Origin: an uncultured Phycisphaeraceae bacterium
GTDB lineage: Bacteria > Planctomycetota > Phycisphaerae > Phycisphaerales > UBA1924
Direction of reading: 5' to 3'
Assembly: GCA_964577425.1 (NCBI GenBank)
Contig: CAZNZC010000003.1
Coordinates: forward strand, 73,803-137,802
DNA: 64,000 nt
The notes under the pieces are model-generated. The model was not told the origin of the DNA. It ran no database searches and was given only the letters and a program-made list of their open reading frames with translations. Within the stretch, counting starts at the first letter, position 1, and each line of letters starts with the position of its first letter. Position numbers and translations under genes: made by a program. Below are positions 13,683 through 26,244 of this stretch, one piece after another.

Positions 13683-14372
13683 TTACACCGGGCCGGTCTT
13701 GGCTTGCAGGCCCTCGTCCATCACCAGACGCGGCTGGCCCTCCTTGGGCTGGCGGCTCCATTCGACCTCCAGGCGGATGTCGAAGAGGCGGGCGATGGCG
13801 TGGAGCTGGCGTTCGATGGCGTCGCGGGCCTGGGCGATGTAGCGGGGGTCGTTCTTCTCGAACAGTTCGGCGGCCTGGGTCTGGGCGGTGCGCATCAGTT
13901 CGGCCTGGCGCTCGGCGTTCATGTTGATCACATCGAGCAGGCCCAGCACGCGGCCCTGCTGGATGTCGTACGGCTCGACATCCATCAATCGCAGCGACCC
14001 GGCCACCGGCGGGAGGGTGACGCGGAAGCGGCCGTCGCCGAGATCCTTCACATCCCCCTCGGAGAGCGTGCCGAGTTCGACCGAGTACTGCTTCTCGAAC
14101 TGGAAGATCATGGCGATCTTGGCCTGGCTGAGGAGGATGGGCGGCAGCCAGTTCCAGCCGCGGGTGGCGGTGGCGATCTCCTTGGCGTGGACCTCCAGGC
14201 CGACCAAGCGTCCGACGGCCCGCACGCGCTCGGTGAGCATGCGCAGTTCCATGCGGTCGATGCCGGGGCCGTGGCGGCCGCGTTTGAGGGCGCTCAGACC
14301 CCAGACCGTGCCGCCGGCAATGAGGACAGCCAGCAGGGCGAGGATCACGATCGTCAGGACGAGTTCGTTCAC
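13683..14372 (-). CDS. DUF4230-like membrane-anchored protein
   Basis: 229 aa from the GTG at 14372 (VNELVLTIVILALLAVLIAGG). Single N-terminal TM followed by an alpha/beta domain. The family call rests on overall similarity and is not motif-proven. Confidence 0.55.
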   Translation of the reverse strand: MNELVLTIVILALLAVLIAGGTVWGLSALKRGRHGPGIDRMELRMLTERVRAVGRLVGLEVHAKEIATATRGWNWLPPILLSQAKIAMIFQFEKQYSVELGTLSEGDVKDLGDGRFRVTLPPVAGSLRLMDVEPYDIQQGRVLGLLDVINMNAERQAELMRTAQTQAAELFEKNDPRYIAQARDAIERQLHAIARLFDIRLEVEWSRQPKEGQPRLVMDEGLQAKTGPV

Positions 14373-14467
14373 GGTGGATTGTTGGCGGGCGGGGGACGGG
14401 GATTTTGCGGGGAATGGGAGAAGCCCGGAAGATCCCGGGGGAGGGTGCCGAACGGAAGGTCCGGGAA

Positions 14468-15211
14468 TCAGGGCTTGGCGGGGGAAGGGGGCGGCGCGTC
14501 GGGGCGGTCGGCGGGGGCGCGGCCGAGTTCGTAGGCGCGGATGAGCAGGTGGCCGCCGACGGAGATCAGGCCGATCAGGACCAGGCCGCCGAGGCAGAGC
14601 ATGAGGATGCGGGCGGCCTCCGCGCCGGGGGTGGCCCGGGCGGCTCCGAGGAAGCCCCCACCCCCGCTCCCACCGCTGACGCCGAGCCAGGCCAGCACCG
14701 CCGCGGCCGGGGCCAGCACGATCATTGCCTTGACCAGTGCCCGCCAGCACGCCGGGTTGCGGCTGAACACGGCCAGCGAGGCCAGCCCGGCGAAGCCCGC
14801 GGCCAGGGCCAGACGGAAGCCCAGGTACGGCTTCATCAGGCCCGCGTATGAAGGATGGCTGTTGAAGTTGGCCCGGAGTTCAACGAAGGCGAAGACAGCG
14901 CAGACGAGGGTGGTCCCGGCGACGCAGGCGAGGGAGAGCGCCCAGCCGTCGCGGAAACGCCCGGTCGCGGCGAGCACGCCGATGGCGGCCGCGGCGAGCG
15001 TGAGCAGTTCAAAGATCGTGGAGAACCAGAGCGTCGATTCGCCGGCGAAGAGGGTCAGCCAGAGGCCGGCCAGAGCGGAAACCCCAAGCACGGCGGAAAG
15101 GGCCATCGCGCCCCACCGGGCGATGGCGGGCGGCGGGGGGAGCTGGGTGGCCTCGGGAGGGATGGCGGGGGGGGGCTGGGTCATGGTTGCTGCTGGATGG
15201 GCGCTGGTCAT
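14468..15211 (-). CDS. Hypothetical polytopic membrane protein
   Basis: 247 aa from the ATG at 15211. About 6 hydrophobic segments. The upstream part of the track ORF is repeat-derived Pro/Ser-rich sequence. Confidence 0.5.
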   Translation of the reverse strand: MTSAHPAATMTQPPPAIPPEATQLPPPPAIARWGAMALSAVLGVSALAGLWLTLFAGESTLWFSTIFELLTLAAAAIGVLAATGRFRDGWALSLACVAGTTLVCAVFAFVELRANFNSHPSYAGLMKPYLGFRLALAAGFAGLASLAVFSRNPACWRALVKAMIVLAPAAAVLAWLGVSGGSGGGGFLGAARATPGAEAARILMLCLGGLVLIGLISVGGHLLIRAYELGRAPADRPDAPPPSPAKP

Positions 15212-15274
15212 TCCTTCGTCCGATTGTTGCCCGATGTTCAGGGCGGCGCGGGGATGGGCTGAAAACCGTGGCGG

Positions 15275-15343
15275 GGGGGGAGGAAGCGACGGAGCGACGA
15301 AGGGGGGGGAGGATAAGGAGGGGGGAGGGAAGGGGGAAGGGGG
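15275..15343. repeat. Purine-rich repeat module
   Basis: GGGGGGAGGAAGCGACGGAGCGACGAAGGGGGGGGAGGATAAGGAGGGGGGAGGGAAGGGGGAAGGGGG. Related to 3511-3573 and 10555-10590. Confidence 0.7.
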
Positions 15344-15435
15344 CGGCAGGGACTGCGCGGATGGGGCCGATCCCGCCGAACCGGGGCGCGGATCGTGCCG
15401 ATGTCCTGACGGCACGGCGGGTTGCGCCGCTCCGG

Positions 15436-15465
15436 TTCGACCCGGGGCGGGCGTCCGGCCGATAG
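15436..15465 (+). promoter_or_regulatory. Candidate sigma-28 (FliA) promoter upstream of fliD
   Basis: GCCGATAG at 15458-15465 matches 7 of 8 positions of the sigma-28 -10 consensus GCCGATAA. It lies 35 nt before the fliD ATG. The -35 region (TTCGA, around 15436-15440) is only a weak match to TAAA. Confidence 0.3.
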
Positions 15466-15499
15466 CCAGGCAGGGAACGGATTCCCCGAGGAGGCGGCC

Positions 15500-18334
15500 A
15501 TGGGCGGCATCACCAGCGGCATCGGGCTTTTCAGCGGCATCAACACCAGCCAGCTCATCGAGCAGCTGATCGCGTCGCAGTCGCGCCCGAAGGTGCTGGC
15601 GCAGACCCGGCTGATCCAGCTCCAGGGCCAGCAGGCGGCGTACCTGGACATCAACAGCCGCCTGAACGCCTTCAAGACCGCGGCGGCGGACTTCCGGGTC
15701 AACAAGATCTTCGACGCGAAACTGGCGGCCAGCTCGGACGACTCGGTGCTGACGGCCACGGCGGGCAACTCGGCGGTGAACGGCACCTACAACTTCATCG
15801 TCGATCGGCTGGTGACGACGCAGCAGATGCTGTCGCGGGGGTTCTCGAACCGCGGCGACACGCCGCTGGGGCTGCCCTCGATCACCTTTGAAAGCCCCGC
15901 GGCCCGGCTGGACCGGGACACCGACCTGAACACGCTGAACAACAACGAGGGCGTCAACCGCGGCACGATCGTGGTGAACGGGAAGGATGTGGACCTGTCC
16001 CGGGTGGCCACGGTGGGCGAGCTGCTCGACGCGATCAACGGCGCGGACACGGGCGCGACGGCGAGCGTGTCGAACGGGTCGTTCGTGCTCACCGGGGTGA
16101 CGGGCCTGACGAACAAGACCGGCTCGGATGTGCTGGCGAGCCTGGGGCTGTCGGCGCCGAGCGTCGACGGGAACATCTACACCGGCTCACAGGTGTACGG
16201 CCTGGGGACGAACACCGCGCTGACCTCGCTGAACGACGGGCGGGGTGTGGGGATGCGGAGCACTTCGGGCGTGGGGGTGAGCGACTTCACGATCCGGATC
16301 GGCGACGGCGAGGCGATCGGCGTGCGAATCGGGCAGATCGAGGAGATGGTGGACGACCGGCTCCAGGTGACGGCCGGGGCGGTCTCGACGATGGGCGGGG
16401 TGGTCGGACGGATCAACGACGCGCTGGCCGCGGCGGGGCAGACGGGGGTGTCGGCCTCGATCGATCAGGCGACCGGCTCGATCCGGTTCACGAACACGAC
16501 CGGCGAGAGCATCACGATCGCCAACACGCAGGTCGCGGGCAACGACGCCTCGACGACGGCGGCCGACCTGGGCATCGCGGGCGTCTTCGCCCCGGGCGGC
16601 TTCTCCGGGGCTCGCGTGCTGGCGGGGATGAACACGACGCTGGTGTCCAGCCTGAACGGCGGGCGCGGGCTGGCCGGCACGGACGGGCAGGTGACCTTCG
16701 CCACGCGCAGCGGGGCGAGCTTCACCGTCGATGTGTCCGGGGCGACGACCACGGCGGACCTGATCGACCTGATCAACAACAACGCGGGCAACGCGGGGCG
16801 TGTCACGGTGTCGCTGGACCGCACCGGGCGCGGGCTGACGGTGACGGACAACACGAACGGCGGGAACACGCTGACGATCAGCGGCACCGTGGGCGTGGAC
16901 GCGGCGGCGGCGCTGGGCATCGCGGGCGGTTTCCAGTCCGGCACGGCGTCGGGATCGAACCTGCAGATGGCGTACCTGGGGCGCTCGACGATGCTCTCGA
17001 CCCTGAACCGCGGGGAGGGGATCGGCGTGGGCAGGTTCGAGATCGTCGATTCCCTGTCCGGGAGCGCGACGATCAACATCACCGCCAACGACAAGACGCT
17101 CGGCGATGTGATCGACCAGATCAACGGGGCCGGGCTGGCGGTCCGGGCGAGGATCAACGACACCGGCGACGGCATCGTGATCGAGGAGGCCTCCGATCCG
17201 CCCGGCGGGGGCAAGATCCGCATCACGGACAGCGACGGATCGGTGGCGCGCAAGTTGCGCATCGCGGGCGAAGCGGCCGGAACGGGCGACGACAACAGGA
17301 TCAACGGCTCGTTCGAGCAGACCATCGAGTTCGCGCCCAACGCCACCCTCAACGATGTGATCGCCGCGATCAACAACGCCGGGGCCGGGGTCCGCGCCAC
17401 GGTCATCAACGACGGCAGCGGCGTGAACCCGTACCGGATCAGCCTCGTGTCGGAGTTCTCCGGGCGCGACGGGCGGTTCCTGGTGGACACCGGGGATTTC
17501 GACCTGGGGCTGAACCAGATCGAGGCCGGCCAGAACGCTCGGCTGTTCTACGGGTCCTCGGACCCCGCCAGGGCGATCCTGGTGTCCAGCTCGTCCAACA
17601 CCATCTCGGGGGTCATCGACGGTGTGTCGATCAGCCTGAAGAGGACCAGCGACACCCCGGTGAACCTCTCGATCACGACGAACACGGACGAGGTCGAGGC
17701 CAAGATCAACGCGATGGTCGAGGCGTTCAACAGCGTGATCTCGCGGATCGACTACCAGACCCGCTACAACAGCGAGACCAAGGAGAAGGGTCCGCTGCTG
17801 GGCGACGGCACCTTGCTGACGCTGCGCGGGCGCATGTTCGACTCGCTGCGTTCGAGCAACAACGGCTTCACGGACACATTCGACCGCCTGGCCCAGGTGG
17901 GGATCTCGGCCGGCGCGGGCGGGAAGATGGTCTTCGACGCGGGCAAGTTCCGGGATGCGTACGCGCAGGACCCCCGGGCGGTCGAGGCCCTGTTCACGCG
18001 CCGCGACATCCGCCCGGCCGACACCACGCCCGACGAGAACGGCGTGGTCGTCAACGATCCCGACCGGCCCACCGAGTTCGACGCCCTGGGCGTGGTGGCC
18101 CAGCTCGAGCAGTTGGCCGAGTCGTATGTCTCCACCATCGGCGGCACGCTGCAGAACCGCAGCAACGCGCTGAACAGCCAGATCACGCTCCAGCAGGACC
18201 GGATCGCGTCCATCGACAAGAACCTCGCCGTCCGCCGGGAGATCCTCCAGCGTCAGTTCCTGGCGATGGAGCAGGCCATCGCGGCGTTCCAGACCCAGTC
18301 CAGCGCGCTCGGGCAGATCAGTCTGATCGGGTGA
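15500..18334 (+). CDS. fliD: Flagellar filament capping protein FliD (hook-associated protein 2), unusually long
   Basis: 944 aa from the ATG at 15500, with RBS GAGGAGG upstream. FliD N-terminus (GLFSGINTSQLIEQLIASQSRP...LQGQQAAYLDINSRLNAFK) and C-terminal coiled coil (LNSQITLQQDRIASIDKNLAVRREILQRQFLAMEQAIAAFQ). fliS follows. Confidence 0.85.
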   Translation: MGGITSGIGLFSGINTSQLIEQLIASQSRPKVLAQTRLIQLQGQQAAYLDINSRLNAFKTAAADFRVNKIFDAKLAASSDDSVLTATAGNSAVNGTYNFIVDRLVTTQQMLSRGFSNRGDTPLGLPSITFESPAARLDRDTDLNTLNNNEGVNRGTIVVNGKDVDLSRVATVGELLDAINGADTGATASVSNGSFVLTGVTGLTNKTGSDVLASLGLSAPSVDGNIYTGSQVYGLGTNTALTSLNDGRGVGMRSTSGVGVSDFTIRIGDGEAIGVRIGQIEEMVDDRLQVTAGAVSTMGGVVGRINDALAAAGQTGVSASIDQATGSIRFTNTTGESITIANTQVAGNDASTTAADLGIAGVFAPGGFSGARVLAGMNTTLVSSLNGGRGLAGTDGQVTFATRSGASFTVDVSGATTTADLIDLINNNAGNAGRVTVSLDRTGRGLTVTDNTNGGNTLTISGTVGVDAAAALGIAGGFQSGTASGSNLQMAYLGRSTMLSTLNRGEGIGVGRFEIVDSLSGSATINITANDKTLGDVIDQINGAGLAVRARINDTGDGIVIEEASDPPGGGKIRITDSDGSVARKLRIAGEAAGTGDDNRINGSFEQTIEFAPNATLNDVIAAINNAGAGVRATVINDGSGVNPYRISLVSEFSGRDGRFLVDTGDFDLGLNQIEAGQNARLFYGSSDPARAILVSSSSNTISGVIDGVSISLKRTSDTPVNLSITTNTDEVEAKINAMVEAFNSVISRIDYQTRYNSETKEKGPLLGDGTLLTLRGRMFDSLRSSNNGFTDTFDRLAQVGISAGAGGKMVFDAGKFRDAYAQDPRAVEALFTRRDIRPADTTPDENGVVVNDPDRPTEFDALGVVAQLEQLAESYVSTIGGTLQNRSNALNSQITLQQDRIASIDKNLAVRREILQRQFLAMEQAIAAFQTQSSALGQISLIG

Positions 18335-18377
18335 TCCACGCTCAAGACCATCCTCCGAAGGGCCGATAGTTCCGCCG

Positions 18378-18812
18378 ATGAGCCACGCCGACACCACCAC
18401 CGCGTATCTGCGTTCCAAGGTCATGAGCGCTTCCCCGGAGGAGCTGCGCCTGATGCTGCTCGACGGCGCGCTGCGCTTCGCGCACCAGGCCCGCAACGGG
18501 CTGGAAACGAAGAACTTCGAGATGAGCTACTCGGGTTTCAGCCAGTGCCGGGCCATCATCGTCGAGCTGATGACCTCGATCAACGACGCGCCCAACCCCG
18601 AACTGGCCGAGCGCGTCAAGAGCCTCTACGGGTTCTTCTTCGCCGAGCTGATCGCGGCGAGCCATGAGAAGGACATCGAGCGGCTCGACAAGGTGATCGG
18701 GCTGCTCGAGTACGAACGCGAGACCTGGTCCATGCTGATGGACAAGCTGGCCGCCGAGCGGGCGCAGGCACGCGGCGCGGAGAAGCCGGCCAAGATCAGC
18801 CTGAGCGCGTGA
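18378..18812 (+). CDS. fliS: Flagellar export chaperone FliS
   Basis: 144 aa with a FliS four-helix pattern: YLRSKVMSASPEELRLMLLDGALRF...AIIVELMTSIN...LYGFFFAELI. Confidence 0.9.
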   Translation: MSHADTTTAYLRSKVMSASPEELRLMLLDGALRFAHQARNGLETKNFEMSYSGFSQCRAIIVELMTSINDAPNPELAERVKSLYGFFFAELIAASHEKDIERLDKVIGLLEYERETWSMLMDKLAAERAQARGAEKPAKISLSA

Positions 18813-18832
18813 TCCCTCCCCCCCCGCCCCCC

Positions 18833-18897
18833 GGTGGCACAGGCGTCCCGCCTGTGCGGGCACTTCTAAGAAGCACAGGCGGGACGCCTGTGCCACC
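18833..18897. repeat. REPIN-like perfect inverted doublet of REP-B
   Basis: GGTGGCACAGGCGTCCCGCCTGTGC, then a 15-nt spacer, then GCACAGGCGGGACGCCTGTGCCACC. Lies between the convergent fliS and holB genes and may act as a bidirectional terminator. Confidence 0.9.
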
Positions 18898-18933
18898 ATT
18901 TGCACCATACCCTGACTTCAGGCGTGATCCGCA

Positions 18934-20109
18934 TTACTTCTGTGACAGCCCCGCCGCGAGGTGGTCGAAGACCAGCTTGAGGTTGACATTCGCGTCGATC
19001 TCGCGCTGGGCGCGCCCGATCATCTCGACGGCGCGGATCGCCGACGGCGCGCGGCGCGGGTCGGCCAGGCCCGTGCGGACGCTGTCGCCCACCAGGCCCA
19101 GCATCCGGCGGGCGCCCAACCGGTTGGCGGCGTCCTTCGAGCGGTTCTCGCCCTTGGGGTCGCCCTCCTTGACCCAGGCGGCCGCCCACTGATCGACCAG
19201 TTGGGCCATCGTCGCGCCCAGGCCGATCGGATGAATCCCGCGCTCGGCCTCGCCCAGCAGCGGCGCGACCGCCCGGTACCAGGCGTACATGCCGGACCCG
19301 TGCATGGACTTGAGGCGCCCGGGCGAGCCATCGGCGGCCCGCAGCAGCCAGTCCCGCTCCTCCCCCGTCACGCCCAGCCCCGAGCCGGCCAGCCAGACCC
19401 GCATCGCCTCGTCCGGCAGGGGCGAGAAGGCGATCCGCTGGCAGCGGCTGCGGATGGTGGGCAGCAGGCGATCCTCGCTCGAAGTCACCAGGATGATGAC
19501 GGTGCCGGGGGCCGGCTCTTCCAGGGTTTTGAGGATGGCGTTCTGGGTGGTGGCGTTGGACTCGAAGCGGTCCATCAGCTCCGCCTCGTCCACGATGAAG
19601 ACCTTGCCCGCCATCGAGCCGGTGCGCATGACCGGGGCGAGGGAGGCGGGGCGGATCAGGTGGGTGTCCACCACATCCTTGGCGATGGTGGTCAGCTTGG
19701 AGCCGCGAACGCTGGCCTCGGACGAGAAGCGGGCCAGTTCCTTGACGATCACATGCAGGTCCGGGTGGGTACCGCTGGCGAGGAGGGTTTGCGTCTGGGA
19801 ATCAGGGTCCGGGGCGTAGCGGCCGGAGAGATCCTTGGCGGTGGTCGGGTCGAGCAGCATGGCCGCCCAGGACAGGGCGGTGGTGAACTTCCCGACCCCC
19901 TCCGGGCCGTGGAAGATCCAGGCGTGGTGCAGGCGGCCGGAGGCCATCGCGTCCTGCAACTGCCCGATGGCGCGGTCCTGCCCGATGAGCGAGCCGAGCG
20001 GCACGGGGGCGGGCAGGTCGAGGACGGCACGCTCCTCGGGCGGCCCGCCCATGACCTTGGCCTTGGTGGGTTTCTTGGCGGCGGATTTTTTGGCAACCTT
20101 TTTCGCCAT
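18934..20109 (-). CDS. holB: DNA polymerase III subunit delta prime
   Basis: 391 aa. AAA+ clamp-loader motifs HHAWIFHGPEGVGKFT, FIVDEAELM, NAILKTLEEP and SRCQRI. Lys-rich N-terminal tail MAKKVAKKSAAKKPTKAKV. Confidence 0.85.
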   Translation of the reverse strand: MAKKVAKKSAAKKPTKAKVMGGPPEERAVLDLPAPVPLGSLIGQDRAIGQLQDAMASGRLHHAWIFHGPEGVGKFTTALSWAAMLLDPTTAKDLSGRYAPDPDSQTQTLLASGTHPDLHVIVKELARFSSEASVRGSKLTTIAKDVVDTHLIRPASLAPVMRTGSMAGKVFIVDEAELMDRFESNATTQNAILKTLEEPAPGTVIILVTSSEDRLLPTIRSRCQRIAFSPLPDEAMRVWLAGSGLGVTGEERDWLLRAADGSPGRLKSMHGSGMYAWYRAVAPLLGEAERGIHPIGLGATMAQLVDQWAAAWVKEGDPKGENRSKDAANRLGARRMLGLVGDSVRTGLADPRRAPSAIRAVEMIGRAQREIDANVNLKLVFDHLAAGLSQK

Positions 20110-20235
20110 GCTCCGGTGAGGATACCCGTGCGGACGGCCCGGAGAGCCGTTCGCGTGGCGGGCGACCCGATAGGATCATGCTGAACCCCCTTCCTCCTCA
20201 CCCCCGCCCCCCGCCCCTTCCGGGATATCCCACCC

Positions 20236-23285
<3,050 letters not shown>

Positions 23286-23289
<4 letters not shown>

Positions 23290-23654
23290 CCGCCGAGGAA
23301 CCCGCCGATCAACGCCCGAGACGGGATCCGCGTCTGGAGATCCCCCAGGTGCTGCGTGAGCCTGTTCAGCACCCTTCTCTGGAGCCGAAAAAGCCGTCCG
23401 TGATGAGCGGATCGATCGGGGAGGCGGGCAAGGCCCTGGCCATCGGCATCGACTTTCTGGTGGTCATCGCCGCCGGGGGGGGATTGGGCTGGCTGGCGGA
23501 TCGCCAGTTCGGCTGGACGCCGGTGGGCCTCGTGATCGGGCTGTGCCTGGGGATGGTCGTCGGTCTGGTGCGACTGATCCACCGGCTCTCGAAGGAGGAT
23601 CGCGCGGCTGGTTCAAGCCCCTCCAAAGCCCCCGGGGCGGGCGCCAAGAAATAG
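23286..23654 (+). CDS. AtpZ/ATPase_gene1-like small membrane protein
   Basis: The ATG at 23286 overlaps the alaS stop. The C-terminal two-TM core (GIDFLVVIAAGGGLGWLADRQFGWTPVGLVIGLCLGMVVGLV) is typical of the small F0F1-associated subunit family. The true start could be the internal Met of ...PSVMSGSIG. Confidence 0.55.
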
Positions 23655-23821
23655 CGTCCCGACTCGCCCCCGCCGGACGACCCCCCTACCATCGCTCCCC
23701 ACCACGGGCGGTCTCGGGGCCGGGTGGGTTCGTCGGTTTTTCGCGCAGACCGGGCACCGTTTCGGAGTCGCAGTTGACCCTTCCTGTCGCCCCCATCCGC
23801 CGTCGCCGTTTCGCCCTGATC

Positions 23822-24244
23822 ATGGGCGTGGCGACCCTGTGTGCGCTGAGCATCGGCCTGGGTCTGGCGGCTCGGTCGGGGGCCGAGGGGTTCGCGCTGG
23901 CGAGCCTCGGCATGGTGATCGTGGTGGGCGGACTGCTGAGCGTGCCGGCCATGCTCGGGCCGTGGCTGCTGAAGGATGAGGTCTGGGGTCTGGGCGTGCT
24001 GGGCATCACCGGCGCGCGGACCCTGCTGGGCATGGTGGGCATGTTGGTGCTGATCGAGGTGCTGGGCCTGCCCCGCCGGCCCGTGGTCCACGCCCTGCTG
24101 TCCGCGATGATGATCCTGACCACCGCCGAGGCGTGCGTGGCGGTCTGGCAGCTCCAAGCCCGGGAGCGCACGATCAAACCCGAACTTTCCGAATCCACTT
24201 CGCCCCGGAGCGGTGCTGCCACGCCCGCTCGGAGGAGCCTCTGA
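23822..24244 (+). CDS. ATP synthase protein I-like membrane protein
   Basis: About 140 aa with four hydrophobic segments, directly upstream of atpB with a TGATG overlap. The start is uncertain and may lie further upstream at a non-ATG codon. Confidence 0.45.
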   Translation: MGVATLCALSIGLGLAARSGAEGFALASLGMVIVVGGLLSVPAMLGPWLLKDEVWGLGVLGITGARTLLGMVGMLVLIEVLGLPRRPVVHALLSAMMILTTAEACVAVWQLQARERTIKPELSESTSPRSGAATPARRSL

Positions 24245-25170
24245 TGCTGTCGAGTCCGCTTTCGAGCCTGTTCACGATGGCCGCGTCAAGCCCCGCGGAC
24301 CATGTGTACAACCACAAGTTCTGGGTGTCCGAGTCGGGCTACTGGCTGTGGTCGGGCAACCAGGGCAACCTGGTGCTCAGCCTGGTCATCATCGTGGTGG
24401 TCGGTCTGTGGTTCTCCCGCCAGGTGGCCACCGGCCCGGCGAGCGAGGGCGCCGAGGCTTATGTCACCAAGAACCGCTTCGCCCACGCCCTGGAAGTCAT
24501 CTGCGTCTATCTGCGTGAAGAGTTCGCCCGCCCGCTGCTGGGCGCCCGGACGGACAAGCTCATGCCGTTCCTGTGGACCATCTTCTGGTTCATCCTGGTC
24601 AACAACATGCTGGGGCTGGTGCCCATCCTCGACCTGCTCCACCTGGTCAACAGCGACTGGAGGGCGAACCACGCGACCCCGTTCGGCGGGACGGCCACCC
24701 AGAACATCTGGGTGACCGGCGTGCTGGCGGTGATCGCGATGGTGTTCTTCAACCTGATGGCGATCCGCCACCTGGGGGTCGTGGGCTTCTTCAAGCACAT
24801 GACCGCGGGGGCGCCGTTCCCGGCGTCGATCGTGGTCTTCGTGCTCGAACTGCTCGGGCAGTTCATCATCAAGCCGTTCGCCCTGGCGCTGCGTCTGTTC
24901 GCGAACATGACCGCGGGCCACATCCTGCTGGCGACGCTGATCGGCTTCGCGGGCATGGTGGTGGGCAAGGGCCTGCTTCTTCAGGGTCCGGTGACGCTGA
25001 TCGCGGTGGCGGGAGGATTCGCGATCTTCCTGCTGGAGGTGTTCGTGGCCTTCATGCAGGCGTTCATCTTCATGTTCCTCGTCACCGTGTTCATCGCCCT
25101 GATGGACCACGACCACGACGAGCACCACGATCACGCGCACGACCATCACGGCCACGCGGCGCACGCCTGA
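24244..25170 (+). CDS. atpB: F0F1 ATP synthase subunit a, with a His-rich C-terminal tail
   Basis: 308 aa. Contains the conserved subunit-a Arg region (LALRLFANMTAGHILL). The tail reads DHDHDEHHDHAHDHHGHAAHA. Confidence 0.9.
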   Translation: MLSSPLSSLFTMAASSPADHVYNHKFWVSESGYWLWSGNQGNLVLSLVIIVVVGLWFSRQVATGPASEGAEAYVTKNRFAHALEVICVYLREEFARPLLGARTDKLMPFLWTIFWFILVNNMLGLVPILDLLHLVNSDWRANHATPFGGTATQNIWVTGVLAVIAMVFFNLMAIRHLGVVGFFKHMTAGAPFPASIVVFVLELLGQFIIKPFALALRLFANMTAGHILLATLIGFAGMVVGKGLLLQGPVTLIAVAGGFAIFLLEVFVAFMQAFIFMFLVTVFIALMDHDHDEHHDHAHDHHGHAAHA

Positions 25171-25256
25171 CACGCCGTCACGCGTCCCGGAACGGGCGCG
25201 TCGAAACCCGCTTCTCGTATGACGATTCAGTCAACAGGTAAGGAAGGAACGAACGA

Positions 25257-25556
25257 ATGTCCCTGATCAGCAAGCTTCTCCCCGTCGGCGTCCTGGCCGC
25301 TCTCCCCGCCACCGCCATGGCCCAGGATGCCGTGGTCTCCGGCCCGAGCACGGGCAAGGGCCTCGCGGTCATCGGCGGCGGCCTGGCCGTCCTCGGCGCG
25401 GGCATCGGCATCGGCCTGATCGGCAAGGGCGCGACCGAGTCGATGGCCCGCCAGCCCGAGATGGCCGGCAAGATCCAGATCGCCGCGATCATTCTCGCGG
25501 TGTTCATCGAAGGCGCGACGCTCTTCGCCGTCGCCGCCGGCTTCCTCGCCGCCTGA
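25257..25556 (+). CDS. atpE: F0F1 ATP synthase subunit c, with an N-terminal signal-peptide-like extension
   Basis: 99 aa. Helical hairpin with the loop ARQPE and the carboxylate in FIEGATLF. About 25 extra N-terminal residues: MSLISKLLPVGVLAALPATAMAQ. Confidence 0.9.
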   Translation: MSLISKLLPVGVLAALPATAMAQDAVVSGPSTGKGLAVIGGGLAVLGAGIGIGLIGKGATESMARQPEMAGKIQIAAIILAVFIEGATLFAVAAGFLAA

Positions 25557-25630
25557 TCCAGACGATCCACCGCCGGGCCCGCCGGAAGGCGCGCCCGGCG
25601 GTTTGCCAACCTCGAACCACGGCCCCGGCC

Positions 25631-26230
25631 GTGCAGGAGCAACCCGATATGAGCATCCACCCTCGCGCTCTCGCGATCACCGTTCTGACCCTTGCCTGCA
25701 CCGCCGCCTCCGCCGCGGAGGAGGTCGGGGCCGTCCCGAGCAAGGCCCAGGGCATCGCCACCGGCGTCACCGCCCTGATCGTCTTCGCCCTCGCCGCGGC
25801 CTTCCTCGGCGTGGTGGTGTGGCCCAAGGTCACCGGCGCCCTCGACGAGCGGGCCGCCAAGATCCGCAGCGAGATCGAGTCCGCCGAGCAGGCCCGCAAG
25901 CAGGCGCGGGAGGCCCTCGACGAGTACGAGCGCAACCTGGCCGAGGCCCGCGCCGAGGCCCAGAAGATGCTCGAGGCCACCCGCTCGCAGCAGAACGCCA
26001 TGGCCGCCGAACTCAAGGCCAGGGCCGACGCGGACCTGAACGCGATGCGCGAGAAGGCCAAGGCCGACATCGAGGCCGCCAAGAAGCAGGCACTGGCCGA
26101 GATCTATTCCGAGTCCGTCCTCATCGCGACCGCCATGGCCGGCAAGATCCTCCAGCGGGAGGTCTCCGCCGGCGACCAGCAGCGTCTGATGGATGAGTCG
26201 CTGGCCGAACTCAAGGCCGCCAACGCCTGA
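25631..26230 (+). CDS. atpF: F0F1 ATP synthase subunit b
   Basis: 199 aa. N-terminal TM segments followed by a long charged helix (ERAAKIRSEIESAEQARKQAREALDEYERNLAEARAEAQKML). Positioned between atpE and atpH. Confidence 0.85.
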   Translation: MQEQPDMSIHPRALAITVLTLACTAASAAEEVGAVPSKAQGIATGVTALIVFALAAAFLGVVVWPKVTGALDERAAKIRSEIESAEQARKQAREALDEYERNLAEARAEAQKMLEATRSQQNAMAAELKARADADLNAMREKAKADIEAAKKQALAEIYSESVLIATAMAGKILQREVSAGDQQRLMDESLAELKAANA

Positions 26231-26244
26231 TCCGTTTTCTTGTG

